64,000 nucleotides of DNA from Vicugna vicugna. Its lineage: Eukaryota. Position 1 is the first letter of the stretch. Each line of letters begins with the position of its first letter. Position numbers and translations under genes: made by a program. Positions 37,933-51,849 of this stretch are shown one piece after another. The notes beneath the pieces were generated by a model. It was not told where the DNA came from, ran no database searches, and worked only from the letters and a program-made list of their open reading frames with translations. The stretch covers positions 8,200,295-8,264,294 of the forward strand of contig MU058636.1 of assembly GCA_013265495.1 (NCBI GenBank), written 5' to 3'.

Positions 37933-39179
37933 TTCAAATCTTGATTATACCAAAAATTCTCAGTATTTATTGCTCTTGAATAAGTAACTTAATGTTTTCT
38001 GAGTCTCTGGACCACAGCATCTGTCTCAGGAAGAAGTGGCTTACTGATGGGTGGAGCAGGGAGAGGAACTGGGCCTGTTGAATTCAAGCCATTCTCTCCT
38101 TGCCCTCCTAGTCCCCCATGACTGGTGGGTATATCTGACTAATTCCAGGGTTTAACACATCTAGCCATATCCTCTCCCTCAGCCCTCATTGGTAATGAAA
38201 GTGATATTTCAATCTTCTGTCTTATCTGTTTGCTTTTTAATTGATTCTGATCTCTTGCCAGTAAGATTTATTGAGTCTCTCAAATTCTAGAAGAGAGTCA
38301 CTATGTTTCTAAGTGACAGTTCTTAAAAGTGCTCTACAAGAGTTCATTTTCTCTCTCACTCTTGCCTTTCAGTTGACTATTATTCTACCAAGTCTTACTC
38401 TCAGTGAGTTCTAAGATATGTCTAAACCAGTCTTTGCTCCCATAGCCCGTTTCCTCTTGTTCAGTTTTCAGAGGCAATAAATCGATGGTGGAAGGAGAAC
38501 AGCTGGTTGCAATTTCTTTGAAGTTTTTTAATCAGAAAATTCCCTGGTTTATTTCATTTGGCTGCTTCCTAGGGCATGATTGTTTAGATTGAACCTCTAA
38601 ATGTCTTTCTCAAATCTTCCATGAGAGTATGATCTTATAAACTAGAAATATTAGTGGAAATGAAAGGTAAACCTTAAAAACAACTAAAATAAAGATCCTC
38701 CAATGTCTTTAAACCCTGCCTTTACATAGGCTTAGGAAACTAGATGTATTTGTCCTTGGGGATTGTGTACTAATGACACATCCCTGCATTCCAGTACTCT
38801 GAGGGGAAAAGCAAGTGGATTACAGTTATTTCTTATCACTGGGAACATTGTTTCCAGAGTTATTCCTATGCCATAGTTGAAACTTTTAAGTTATTCATAC
38901 TGCTTTTGTTTAACTTTTTGTCTTAATTTAATTGCTCATCGCCTGTATAATTTTTCTTCATTCCTAGTCTGATTGTCTCTATAGTGAAATAAAGATGTAA
39001 CAGGAAAAGCCCTACAACTGAGTTAAACTGATTTTTTATTTGGATTTATCAAGTTACTGAAGCAGCTCATAGCTATGCTATAACTGTTCCCACCTAGTTT
39101 ACTTTTTGCAGGTATAAATTCAATGAGAAAAGAGCAGCAAACAATAAAGTCATGCAGGAATCCCAAGTGTTACAAATTC

Positions 39180-39400
39180 CTATTTTAAATGTTCTCTCCT
39201 TCCACGTAGTCCCTCCAATCCAGTCTCTACAGTTTACAAAGTGATTTTTCTAAATGTTAATCTGTTTATGTCACCCTCTGGCTTAGAGCTCTTCAGTGAC
39301 TTCCTGTCTCCAACAGGGTCAAGTTCCAGTTTCTTAGAGTTGCAATACCAAACCACGCAGGCACTGACTTTCTCTCATCACTACATCCTCCCCTAGACTT
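39180..39400 (+). mobile_element. L2 fragment
   Basis: 'gtgatttttctaaatgttaatctgtttatgtcaccctctggcttagagctcttcagtgacttcc'. Confidence 0.55.
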
Positions 39401-40339
39401 TAGACTGTCAAAGTATTTGTGTTTCACTGTGTTAGTTGTAAGGAAGAGAAACATCCTTGGTTCCTTGAGTTGGTAAGGTTTTATGGTGAGGATGTGTGGG
39501 GATGTAAGAGAAACCTCACAGTATCTCAGCCTCTCCCAGGGAGCGAGGACTGTCATTGTCCCAGATCAGCCCAGCTTACTGAACAGAACTCCCTAATGAG
39601 CTCCTCAGAAAAGGATGACCATAGTCTCTCTTCTAGGGTCCACAATCTGGTCTCAGTTTCTCTGTCTCTGCTATTCTTTCTACCTGCTTCTTCTTCCTGC
39701 TTTTTTCCTGACTGCCTCTCCCAGAGTCTTTCTGTCTTACTCTGTTACTGTCTGCATATGAGCAGCAGAAAGAGCAGTGTAGGTGCGATAAACGGGCATC
39801 CTCTCTTGGGCGACGTGGGCAAGGACCTTCCCCCAAAGCTCTCTAGATTTGGTTAGTTGATAATGGGGCTCAAAGGAGGAGGTTAATGAGCTCCCCGCCA
39901 AGGAACTTGTGACCACCTACTGGACCAAATACCTGGAAGGTCCTGATGGGCAGCTCTGCTAGGGTCCACATGGTGACTGTGACTTCTCTGTGACTGACAC
40001 AAGTGCCATTCTCTCCTCCCCTCCCAGGGAGTCTTGAGATGAATTGGAGAGCTCCACCAACCTCTACCCAGAACTGCTAGCTTTAAAAATAAACCAAGGT
40101 GTAAGTGAGGTCCCTCTGTCCCTAGGGAAGACCAGAGTTCCTATGCCAAGGTCAGAGTTCAATGGGGAGGTGGGGGGGTAATTGTATTTATTGGGTCTCT
40201 TAGATGCTAGTTCATCGGTGACTTTGATCCTTACAACTCTTGGCACCAGGATGAGTGGGAACCAGAAAATTCTCTCTGATTTTAAGTCTGAGATCATTAT
40301 CACTAAGACCATAGACCTGGCTATGCAATTTAGTTTCTC

Positions 40340-43300
40340 TTTTAATACTTTCTTTAGGTGACGTGTTAGGTTTTTGATATCTTTTTATGTTTTATGATGA
40401 GATCTTTACTTTTTAAATGTAATATTTTTAAAGCTATAAACTTCTAAGTACTGCTTTAGCTGCATCCCATAAGTTTGGTAGGCTGTGTTTTTGTTTTCAT
40501 TCATCTTAAAGTACTTTCTAATTTTAAATCAGGTTTTTAATTTCTTCTTTGTGATTGTTTTTCTTGTCATTTCTTCTTTGAGTCATTGATTAATTAGCAG
40601 TATGTTGCTGAATTTCTATGTATTTGTAAGTTTCCCAAATTTCTTTCTATTATTGATTTCTAATTTCATTCTGTTGTGATTGGAGAACATACTCTGTATA
40701 ATTTTAATCCCTTTAAATTTATTAAGACTGTTACTTGTCCGAGAATAAGGCATATCCTGGAGAATGTTTCATGGGCACTTGGGAAGACTATGTATTCTGT
40801 TGTTTTTGGATGGAGTATTCTAGTCGGCTTATGGTGTTATTTAAGGATATTTCCTTATTGATCTTCTGTCTAATTATTGAAGTGGGGCATTGAGGTCTTC
40901 AGCTATTATTGTTGAATTATCTTTTTATGTCTTTAACTTCATCATGTATTTGGGAGGGGCTCTGTGGTTAGGCATATATATGTGTATAATTGTGATGTCT
41001 TTTTGATGGCTTGATTTTTTTATATTGTTATAAAATATCCTTCTTTACCTTGAGTAACAATTTTTGTCTTAAAGTCCATTTTGTCTTCTGTGAGTATAAC
41101 CATTTCTTTTCTGTTTTGGTTACTATCTGCATGTTTTACCTTCTCTCATTTTTTACTTTCAATGTATTTGTGTCTTCAAATGTAAATTATGTCTCTTATC
41201 GGCTGCATGTAGTTGGATCATGCATTTTTATTCATTTATCAATCTCTGCTTTTGATTGGAGAGTTTAATCCATTAACACTTAATGTAATTACTGATAAGT
41301 TTTACAGTAGCTATTTTGCAATTTATTTTTATTTATGTGTCTGTTCCTTTGTTTCTTTCCATTAATGCCTTCTTTCATGTTACATAGATATCTTCTATTG
41401 TATCATTTAAATTTTCTTATCATTTCTTCTAGTATTATTTCTTGCCCCCAGGGATGACAATTAACATCCTAATTTTTATCAATCTAGTTTGGAGTAATGC
41501 TAACTTAATTTCAATAGTATACAAAAACTTTGATCCTGTATAGTTCTATTTTTTCTATTTCTGCTCCTTACAGTGGACAATTAGTTGGCCTATCTTCATA
41601 TTCATTGATTCTCTCTTCTGCCAGCTCAAATTCATTGTTGAGCTCTTCTAGTGAATTTATCAATTCAATATTATACTTTTTAATTCCAGAATTTATATAT
41701 GGTTCTTTAATAATTTATATCTCTTTATCACTATTCTAGTTTTAGTGAAATATTATTTCTCATACTTTCACTTGACTCTTTAGGCATAATTTCCTTTATT
41801 TATGTACAGTAGTTGATTTACAGGTTTTGTCTAGTAAATCTAAAATCTAGGCTTCCTAAGAGATGGCTTCTATTGACTATTTTTCCTGTGTATGTGTCAT
41901 ACTTTCCTATTTTTTGCATGTCTCACAATTCTTTTATGCTGAAAACCAAACATTTTAAATCACATAATGATTAAACTCTAGAACTCACATCCCCCTTGTT
42001 GGGTTTGTTTTTATTGCTATTTACTGTTTTAGTCATTGTTGCTGCCTATTTATTCTTTTAGTGACTTTCCTGAACAAATTCTGTAAAGTCTGTTCTTTGT
42101 CATGTGTGGTCACTGAAGTCTACTTGGCTCGCTTTGTAGCCAGTTAGTGGTTGGACAGAGATATCTTTAAATGCTCTGAACCAGTGCACCTCCCACCCTT
42201 TGTTGAAGGGCTTTGTGTGCAAGTTGGGGCAAGCCTTCAGTGTTCCAGTATTTTACAGCTTTGCCTTAGCTCTTATTTTCTGCTTGAACGGAGACTCAGG
42301 CTCAGTCTGAGGTGACAGTTTAGGGACTTTTCAGATATTTCCTGGTCATGCTCACAGCTCTCCTGTTCTCTGTTCTTATATATCATGGTCAGCCAGGTGT
42401 GGTGGCCATGAAAGGAGACAGAGGAGAGTCTCAGGAAAACAAAATTTATTGTACTCAGAGATTCTGTAAACAGGAGGCATGGCACACCACTCAGGGCCAT
42501 GTGAGGAATACAGATTTTGGTCAGGGAACAGAATACAAGGATGAAGGAAAAGTCTAGGCCAGAATCTTTATTGTGGTTTTCTCAGGAAGGCAAGACAGGG
42601 CAGGGTAAACAGCATAGGACTGACTAATCTGAGTAGCTCCAGTGAATTCTGGCCTATAGAGATGGTCTCTTGCTGCCAATACCTGGCCCTGGGATGATTA
42701 AGGTCTCCTGGAGCTGCACTTGCCAGATAGAGAATGTGTGATTCTGGATTGGTTAGTTTGCATATCAAAGGCATGCCTCCACCCAGTGCTGCCCCAGTCC
42801 TTTACTATCGCTAAGAATTGGCTAGTCCCAGGAGGACCAGTCTCTCCCCAGCCAGAAAGATTCTTAAAATGTCAAAACGTAATATACAGAATATGAAAAA
42901 TATAAAGAATACACCTGCATATTTCTGTGGCCCTCTAAATTCCCCAATAATGTCAGAGCTTTTCATAGCCCACTATGGACATCTCATTCCCCACCTTTCC
43001 CTTTAAATTTTTTTTGGACAGCCCCTCATTTGCCTCAGGTATTACCCTTACCTGAGTCAGCTGTCATGTCAGATGATTGCTGCTGATTGTTGTCAATACC
43101 TGCCCGGGAGAAAGCCTTTTTGCAAGGAGCAAGCTCTGAGTTATGTCAAATAAAGAAGACTCCAAGTGAGGGCTTCTAGGGAGCTGATAGGTCAAATAAT
43201 AGCAAATCTCTGGGGATGAGGATTCTTTTTAGAAGCTCCAAATCTATTCTTCCCTCTCCAGTGGTTGTTAGGTTTATGGTTTTCACAGCTGCTGTCATTG

Positions 43301-43560
43301 TGAGACTACTGGTTTTTACGGCTACTGTGAAAATGGGACAGGAGAGCGGGATTAGTGTGAGTTACAATGCTCTAAAGGTTTACTGTTCCTCCTGATATTC
43401 AGTCTTTTTCCTTGAATAAATTCTTTTCATATTGTTGCAAGCTTTCAGTTAATTTCCAGAGTTCTGCAAATGTTGATTTTTCTAAAAATGCTAACAATGT
43501 GCTTAGTTACTTTTATGGCGGAGCGAAGTTTTTGAGATCCTAACTCTGCTACTTAGAAAG
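40340..43560 (-). mobile_element. Old L1M (ORF2 5' part, ORF1 remnants, 5' UTR) interrupted by an LTR
   Basis: Long antisense L1 text ('aagctataaacttctaagtactgctttagctgcatcccataagttt', 'tcctggagaatgtttcatgggcacttggg'). Confidence 0.8.
42364..42913 (-). mobile_element. MER73/MER74-family ERVL LTR
   Basis: 'ctggattggttagtttgcatatcaaaggcatgc...taagaattggctagtcccaggaggaccagtctctccccagccagaaag...aataca'. Confidence 0.75.
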
Positions 43561-45059
43561 TACTCTTCACCAGAATTTTTTTTTTTAAGTCTGAATGTGT
43601 TTTTTTTAGAACTATCACATCTTTCAGTTGGTGAAATTGATATAGGGAAAGCAAGACGGCTGTTTTTTTTTTCAGTTTATATATTGTTTACATACTGTTG
43701 AATTGACCATTTCCAGGAATTACATTGAACTCTATGATAACATGTGTTGAGTTTAGGATATTAAATTGGATCTGCCCTTGGCAAGCTCACAAAGTAACAG
43801 GCATGAGAATTTTCTCAGCTTCAGTGCAACATGCATAGCTTTTTGTCAATCTCTGCTACTAAAGATGAAAAATGTCCAGCCTCATGAAACAGTTCTCCCT
43901 ATTCTTCAATGGGAGATGAATTACCCACTTCCATTAGAAACTTTCCCCATTTCCTCTTCCTAGTTAATATGTTTTTACCAGTCTTCTAGAGATATTGCTT
44001 TCGTTTTCCAATTCAAATGAGGGACTTAAACAGTGAATATATAAAGTAATGTGGATAAAAATGTAGGACGTGCCAAGAAAAGTAAGTGGGGCAAAAATGA
44101 TCGAGATAATTTAGATTTTTCTAATATCTCTCAAATCACTCAGATCATTGCTTATTCCATTTATGTTTAAGGCTAGGCCTCTGTAAAATTTCTTTCTCTT
44201 AAGGAAGGGAATAACCTAGTCTTTCCAAAAAGAAAACTAGAAATAATTTTGAAAATGAATCAATCAAAGTGTCAAATTATTGCATTAGCTGAATTTAAAT
44301 GAAAATTCTCTAATAAGCCCCATTGTGGAATTACCAATGAAAGCAGCAGAAAGTGCCAAGCTGTCTGAGAGGATCTCAGGCGTATTTGGACTTGTTTGGC
44401 ATTGCTATTTGTTTCTAATCACTCTGGGAAGTGGTGTAGTAGAAAATAAATCTGGGAGGAAGTGTACGCGCACAGCCAAGGGAGCCTCTGGGAACAATCA
44501 GTGCAGGCTGACTCCATAGCCCGTGATATACCCTCAGGATACTCCGTATTGCTCCTCTGGGCTATTACTTAACCAAAGAGGGAGTCTGTTTTCTCCCACT
44601 TCAGATTTTCTGTTGGTTTGGATCCATAGATTATCTCCACTAGCATTTAAAATGTCTCATGTGCAAAGCCTGCAAGAGAGTGATTAGCCCTGGGTTATCC
44701 TGTATCTGTGCAGCGTCAAAGGGAGATTTCTCTAACTTTGGTAAAGTTCCAAGACTTGGGTTTGATAAAGGACATAGGTACAATGATTTGAAGGGGGAAA
44801 CAAAGGCTGTTTACTGATATATTAGTTCTGAAGCTGTTGGTCCTTAAAATTGTTCCCAGAAAAAATGTTTTGAATATTAAAAAACCTTTTAAAAATTGGT
44901 TTTAGAAGACCTGTTACGATATCAAGTTGATTATTTTAACTTGCCTAATAATATCATTCAAAGTTGCATAGTTTTTTCTTTTTTTTCAGTTTTATCCAAA
45001 AAGTATACTTTTAAAAAGTTGTAATTGTTTCGGTATCTATATACTGATAATGTCTGCTG

Positions 45060-45270
45060 TGTAGCAGAATGGAATGAGTCTGGGTCACACTTGGTTCAAA
45101 ATGTCATTCTACCTCTTTAGCATGACTCCTTGAACAAGTTAATTAGCCTTCTGAGTCTCAGTTTTTCTTCTATTAATGCGTATGTTTTGGACTAAAGTAT
45201 ATGACATGAAATCATTTGTGAAAGTATTAGCTTAGTTCTTGACACAGTGAACACTTGATAAAAGTTATTT
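45060..45270 (+). mobile_element. MIR SINE
   Basis: 'ttggttcaaaatgtcattctacctctttagcatgactccttgaacaagttaattagccttctgagtctcagttt'. Confidence 0.65.
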
Positions 45271-47644
45271 TGAATCTGAATCTCATCTCTTTCACTCCAC
45301 TCGCCTCTTCTCCATGGCTTATCTAAATGGCAAATGGAAATCTTTTTCCAAAGTAATCACAGAATTATCAGATGGCCTTATATGCCACCAATTGTTATGT
45401 TTAGGCAACACACTCCTTCCTCCAGCCCTTTGAAAAAGTAAGAAGAGTAGAAATGAGCACATATCCATTACTAAGTTTTGGGAGTTAAGAAGACAAACGT
45501 TTATTGGTATCTAACTCATATTGTTGGCACGTGCCTAGACCATGGTAGATTGTTCCATAGATAGTCTGCTCATGATTGGATCACTGCCAGGTTCCTTGTG
45601 CGTTGCTGATGGTGAAGGAACCTCCTTTGCACAGGCTCCATCTTTCCATATGGAAGGATTTCCATGAGAGTAAAACTGGTGTCTTTTTCCACCCTCTGGT
45701 GAGACATTCCTGGTGCTTTATCTCCCCCTGTTGTTTTAGCCCATTCTCTCCCTCAGTGCTCCCAAAGTGATTGGTGACTTTGGAAAGAGGAATTTTGAAT
45801 ATGTGGCTTAATTACTTCCTTTTCTCTGGATTTTCCTACAGACAGCACCCATTCTGTCATGATCTTCCATTCCAGACTGCCGCTGTTGGGAGGTCTACAG
45901 CCTTTAGCACTGCCTGTAATTGGGTTTAAACTCTGTTTAATTTGAGGATCCAGTATTAGGAAGCTCCTGATTACCGAACACCTGAGCCACATCCCCCAAT
46001 CCATGAATAATAAAATTAGTATTTTGTTTTTCTCCTGCTTATGTCCTGCCTCTATCTCCCATGCAATTCTGAAATTGGGAGGGGAAAAGACGATTTCATT
46101 TATCAGCTTTTGAAAACCCCAGTAGACATTTCATCCATGTATCTGCTGATATGCTACCTCTTTCTGCATAACAGCAGATCTCAACCTATTACCCTCAGTG
46201 CATCCCTCAGTTATTTCCATATACTTCCAAGATGTCCAATGGATGTCCAGCTCTAGATGTAGTTGTCACTTGGTGCTCAATCTTCACATTCTTATATTCT
46301 AGCTCCTCAGTATATGCAATTGCTGCCCAAGAAGTCTCATTATTTCCACTTCATGTCATGGGAGCACGAGTTTACTCCAAGAGAAATATCTCTAGATGCT
46401 CCTCAAGTGACAGTCCTCGAGCTGCCAACATGTTGTAGGATTCCAGGCAGCAGTGGGAAGAATGACTTCTTCCTCAATTTCGTGCCTCAACTTAAAAAAA
46501 AAAAAATTTAAGCCCCAGAGAACCTCTTCTGGGGTCCAGTATCTTACAGAATCTTTCATGTCAAAGAGCTTAATCATTTTTTGGGTCCCCCACCCCACTA
46601 TTGGGAACAGACAAAAACTAGTACCCCTGCCACCCTTCTCCTTTCTTAATATTAGACTCTAAGCACACACTCCCTTCTCCCATTCTGCTTACAAAACAGT
46701 AGCTCCTATGTATGTCAGTCACTGCATATAAATATCTTCAGTGTGGGTGTTACAGTGAGGGTTGATGAAGGATGTAAAATATGAACTCCAGTTTAGCCTG
46801 TGTTAAACCATAGGTTAGGCATTTTATTTGCTTTTTCATTTCAGTGTTCCCTCTAAACACTAGTGAATGTTCAGTACTGATATACAAGACACGTTATATA
46901 TGTCTGTATCTCTATAACCTAATAGATTCTTTTGTTAATGAACACAAAGAGGCATAATATGTCAGTAATTTAATTTTATGTATTTGTCATTTCTAGGCCA
47001 AGTGAATTTCTGTGAAAATTTTCCTGTAAAATAATAATACTTATTTCATTAATAAGTAGGTAGAGAGCCACAAAGCACATTCTTGCTCCTCCTACTTAGG
47101 TGCAGGTGTTTGGAGACAGCCCAAGTCTCAGGCTTTGCAATCCAAAAAGCATCGGAGACCTAAAGTTGCCTCCCTCTTTTCCCTTTGGCTGACTTCCTTT
47201 AATTCATGAAATTGGTCTCTTGTGGGTCTGAGAACTTGCTCTAAACTGGGATGTGTACACACACAGGAGTGAGGGTGAGAGACATGAGCAGAGCAATACA
47301 GAGACTGAATGACCTAAATGTCTGAAAAGTAGTCTCTAGTCCTTGAAATTCACATGAGAAATAGCTAAAATGACCACTACAGATTAACCCTTCCCCAACC
47401 CTTGGCTACATACAAGTAAAGTTGTTTTTGATTAAAATGAAAAACACTAGAGAGAAAAATCTCCTCCTAAAATATACCTAATTTTTGCAATAGGTTTTAA
47501 AATGACAACTAAAAGTATTCTTTTGCAGTTGCTTGCATATTTTGTATTGGAAATATGCTGGAAAACAAAATAAAATGCAGAAATATACATAATATAATTT
47601 ACCGTGAATATAGGTGCAACTTCATGAGTCAAACATTAATTCAG

Positions 47645-47692
47645 CTTTCTCTCTCTCCTTTTTCTTTCTCTCTCTCTCTCTCTCTCTCTTTT
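47645..47692. repeat. (CT)n polypyrimidine tract
   Basis: Directly visible; followed by AG at 47693-47694. Confidence 0.95.
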
Positions 47693-48194
47693 AGCCTGGA
47701 ATTTCAGTAGGGACAGTGACAAGCTTCCGGAAATGGAAGTCAGAATATCTCCAGTAATTGGGAGGGAAGAAAGGACAAACACTAGTTGATAAATAGGGTT
47801 TTGAGGTGATTTTCCAGTACAGTGTCATAAACCAAGTTAAAAATATATCAATACACAACTGGTTTTGTTACAGCTGGTGTTTGAACTAGTAAACACTAAT
47901 TAAGCCCCTTTTACTAGCAAGCTGTTCTACTGAGCACTATGGCAGAAGCAAAGATGTTAAAACGTAGTGTCTGTAAGATCATAGTCTAGAACGGACAGTT
48001 GTATATGAATCTTTGACTAAAGATATACATGTAAGTTTTATTCTGTTATACTATAGAAGGTGTGTAACAGTTATTTCACGGTAGCACATTAGTGATTGAT
48101 CAATAAATAGCAAAAATAGCAAGTGATTAAGAGGAGATATAAGGAAAAGAGACACCACTGCCTTCTGGAGTGAGTTAAGATCATTCTAATTAAG

Positions 48195-48410
48195 ATCCAA
48201 CATTATTCAGTACTTTCTATGTGCTAGGCAATGTGCTAAGGACTTTACGTGTATTCGGTTATTTTATCCATATGATAACTCTGTGGGATGGAAGGAATTA
48301 CTATCCTTCTGTTTTGTACCTGAAGACATTGAGGCCAGAGAGGTTGGGTAATTTGCCTAAGGCAGTGGAGGAGACAGAATTTGAATTGCAGATACCACGT
48401 CCTTAGTTAC
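48195..48410 (-). mobile_element. MIR SINE
   Basis: 'tatgtgctaggcaatgtgctaagg...gaagacattgaggccagagaggttgggtaatttgcctaagg'. Confidence 0.8.
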
Positions 48411-49849
48411 TGCTAAAGACTGAATGACGGATTTTGGTTGCTGATCTTGAAAATTCATGTGACCTAGATACACACAAGCAATGTGCTTCTGAAGCAACTG
48501 TGAATATGAAATTCACAGGACAAGTCATACATTATCTAAATTATTTTAAAATATACATTTCTTTTAAAATCAATCACCAGCAAAGGTCATTGGGTCATTT
48601 ATGACTACTGCCTCATTCCTTTGTTCTTTACTATGGTTAAGAGCTATTGGGAGAGAAAAATGCTTGGCCACTTCATTGGGGTTGGATGGTAAGATCTTAG
48701 GAGCAACTCAACAACAAAAGGCAATCACTAAATTCTTAAAGTGAGGCTATAAAGAACATCCTGCTTGCCCTGAGGTGGAGGGTGAAGAAAAGGAGAAGAA
48801 AGAGGTGGTCAGTGAGAAGCAGGAGCAGTTAGTGGGGAGATGAGAGGCTGGGAGAACAGATGAGGAGCAGGCTAGAGAAGGGATCAAGAAAGGACTCCTA
48901 CATCCCATTCTCATTGGAGGAATGTTGGGAAAAAAGTATATCTGAAAGAAGAATTTTAAAATTTGAGCTCTTCTAATCTGAAATCTTTAATAAAGTCTCC
49001 ATTGCTCATAATGATCAGTGTATGACTTTTAAAAAAGGTAATATTTTAATTTTTTTTGTAAAAGATAGTAGTTCACAATTTGGTTGGCACACTGAAACGC
49101 TGAGACAGCACATGTGGAAGCAGACAGAAGGTGAAGGCAGAGAGGGTCATGGGAATGCTCAACACTGCCACAGACTGTGGAGTCGTGAGTTACAAGCAGC
49201 TCTCACTTGGAGCTGTCCTTACTATGATGGCAAGCATTGTGTTTTAGTCCCAGATTTTTTTTTTTTTGTAGTGCCAGTCAAAACCTAACACTAAAGTGGT
49301 TCTATTTAGTGAATGCCATAAAAGTTGCAACAATGACTGTCATGTCTTTATCAAAATTTTTCTCTCACAGTTCTAGTCAGAATTGCTAAGTGTCTTTCCA
49401 GACTCATTAGCACCTCTCTTCCTTTTACATCATGTATCTTCTTTTTGCATCTCACCAGAAAGAAGACAGTCTTAGGCAGCCTCATCCCTTCCTTTCACAT
49501 AGAGCAGGTGTAGTCAAGAGGAAAAAGCTTGTGCTAGGGGTCAGGGGCTTAGATTCGGGTTTCTGGCTTCAGTTTCTGCGTCTACAGGGTAGTAATCTGA
49601 ACCCTGTTCTGGTGAGGATTAAGCCAAATACGGTGGGTAGTACTTTGTAAACTGTAAGTGGCTATAGACATTTAGGTATGATCTTAAAAGAAAAAGGCAA
49701 AAATAATTTGAGTCAAAATATTTTCTGGATTGAACAAAGTAACCCATCTCTTTCCGCTCTCAAACCTTGTGCTGTTGGAAAATGGATCCTGGGGGAAATC
49801 TTAGCTCCTTAGTAAGTGAACTGGACCCAGGGTGCAGTCTTTCGCCCTT

Positions 49850-50120
49850 CTTTGCCACTGATAAGAAAGGTCAGAATCTTAACATTTTTTCTGAGATAAC
49901 TAAAAAAGTAGGTTGCAAAGTGTAGTGATGTGAGTTCTGAGAAAGTACGAAGAAGCCCAGCAAAGGTAACTGACTTGTTAGCGTTAACAGCTTATGGTAA
50001 TTTTTGGCTGTTTCCTTATTCTTTGCGCAATTAAGATGTGATTTTATTTTTATGTGTGTGAATATATTTATTTGGAAAACTGATGTGGTTCTAGTTATAA
50101 GAATTTCTGTGTCCGGAAAC
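49850..50120 (+). promoter_or_regulatory. Candidate internal promoter/enhancer (TF motif cluster)
   Basis: TGATAA 49859, AAAGGTCA 49866, AGATAA 49894, TTCTGAGAA 49935, TTGCGCAAT 50023 and CCGGAA 50113 in unique sequence; donor AAG|GTAACT at 49965/49966. Confidence 0.4.
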
Positions 50121-50267
50121 ATTTATCTTTTTGGAAATTGGGTGTTAATAGCCATTGTTAGTCACAGAAATATTTGTGCCTGTGATATAATTAATCTGAT
50201 TCATACATCTGCACAATCCTTTGAAATTCACAGAATTTGAAAAATAAATCTTTCTGTTCACATTTAG

Positions 50268-50316
50268 GAATCTGCTGACGTCTTCAACTGCTCTGTGAAA
50301 TCTACTATAATATGCT
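50268..50316 (+). other. Candidate 49-nt exon ending in ATG-CT
   Basis: Acceptor 'tctttctgttcacatttag|', donor 'ATGCT|gtaagt'. Confidence 0.4.
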
Positions 50317-51849
50317 GTAAGTAAAGTGGTTTCCCACCTTTTGGGGGGAGACTGTCTTGTTCTGTATCCCTCACATACATCATCTTGCTTTCCAGTTTTC
50401 GACCAAATGGACATGCCACATATTTTAAAGTAAATGCACAAACAACTCTCAATTATCCATGCCAACGAACAGAAGTAAAATGGAAGTTGTGGCAAGTACA
50501 GGTTTAGGTATGATGAATCAATTTATTTTCTTTCTTCATGAAAGGTTTCTTATTGGAGGCACAATTTCAAAGGTACTTCCATACTGCCTTTTAAAGATTT
50601 TAAAATAAATTAACAAAAGTAGGTGTAGGATGGTGTGAATAAATGTTCAATAGTCTGGGGTATGACTAGTGTACTTGTCACAATGCGAGAAGTATAGAAA
50701 CACTGTTTCTAACTGGAAAGTTTACAATTGAGAAGTAAGAATGTTGAAGGAAGATGGCAGAATCTGGTAGGATACATTTGTGATTTGAACAAAGTTTCTT
50801 TAATTTTTTTTTTAATTTTGTAGAGATGTGAATACAAGGTTTCTTCTCTCCTAGCATAAAAGGGAAAATATTTAGACACATGGGTCACAAAAGCCATTTA
50901 TGCTCAAAATACTTGCTCAAAGCCCTGATCAGAATATCTCTGGCACTACGAGGGCCTGGCAAACTCAGAGTGTACTCCTTTGATGAGACCTGGGATGGCG
51001 TCCCAGGGGCCCTGGCATCCTCCCGTCTACCTGGCTGAGGCATGCTCTCTGTACAGTATGTGCAGTACTGTTCGGCTCCTGCTTCGTTACTATCTGGAAT
51101 CAGTTGCACATGTGGGTTGGCCTCTGGAGGCCTGGGCCCAGGGAACACTGTCTGAGTGGTTTTCCACTCAATGTTTGGTTTGGCCCAGTCCATGCGATGT
51201 CTTGCCAAACCTGGAAACTCCTGTCAGGAGTCACTCATCCCAGGTTGGGAAATTTTCCTCACGCTGTTGTTCGAGAACTCTGATCTTTCACTTTAAACCT
51301 GGTGGGATGTCTGTTGGCCAGACCAGAGTGTCAAGAAGCCACATTTTTCCCTGTGAAGAACGTGTCTGCAGCGGATGGTATTTGTACTAGTGAAAGTATT
51401 TAGGGTTGTGGTGTTGGCCAAGTTTACCCACTTAAAAAATGAGAAACTCGTAAATGTTGCGCTGAAAAGCCCTCCACTTAAAAATAACGGAGGCAATGAC
51501 TACTCCAGTTCATTAGCCAAAGGAAAACATAAGGTGTGGTACAGGATGTTAACTTGGAAACAGAATTTTGTGTTTAGATCTATAGCCTAAGAGAGTTAGC
51601 AAAATGTTCTTCTATAAAGTGAGCATGACACATGGCTCCACACAGCCGTGCCAAGGGCGTGGTGATCTTGGCACTGACAGAAGGGCCTGGCTCTCCACTT
51701 GGCCCTCCTTCGCACCTGTGAGGATGGATTGGTTTTCATATTTTATTCTTGTGCCCAGAGATCTCATTCTTTCAATGCACTGTGTGTATGGCAAATGAAG
51801 CCCACAAATTAAACCAGTAGATACCTAAATTTCCTTTTGCCTAACATTG

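Noticed and set aside
39419..39856. 145-aa ORF
   Set aside because: Non-ATG start, low-complexity S/L/C content, in probable old LTR-like sequence; no family resemblance.
50885..51390. Overlapping 107-aa and 136-aa ORFs in a GC-richer patch
   Set aside because: No recognisable domain or exon boundaries; ORF length is explained by local GC content.
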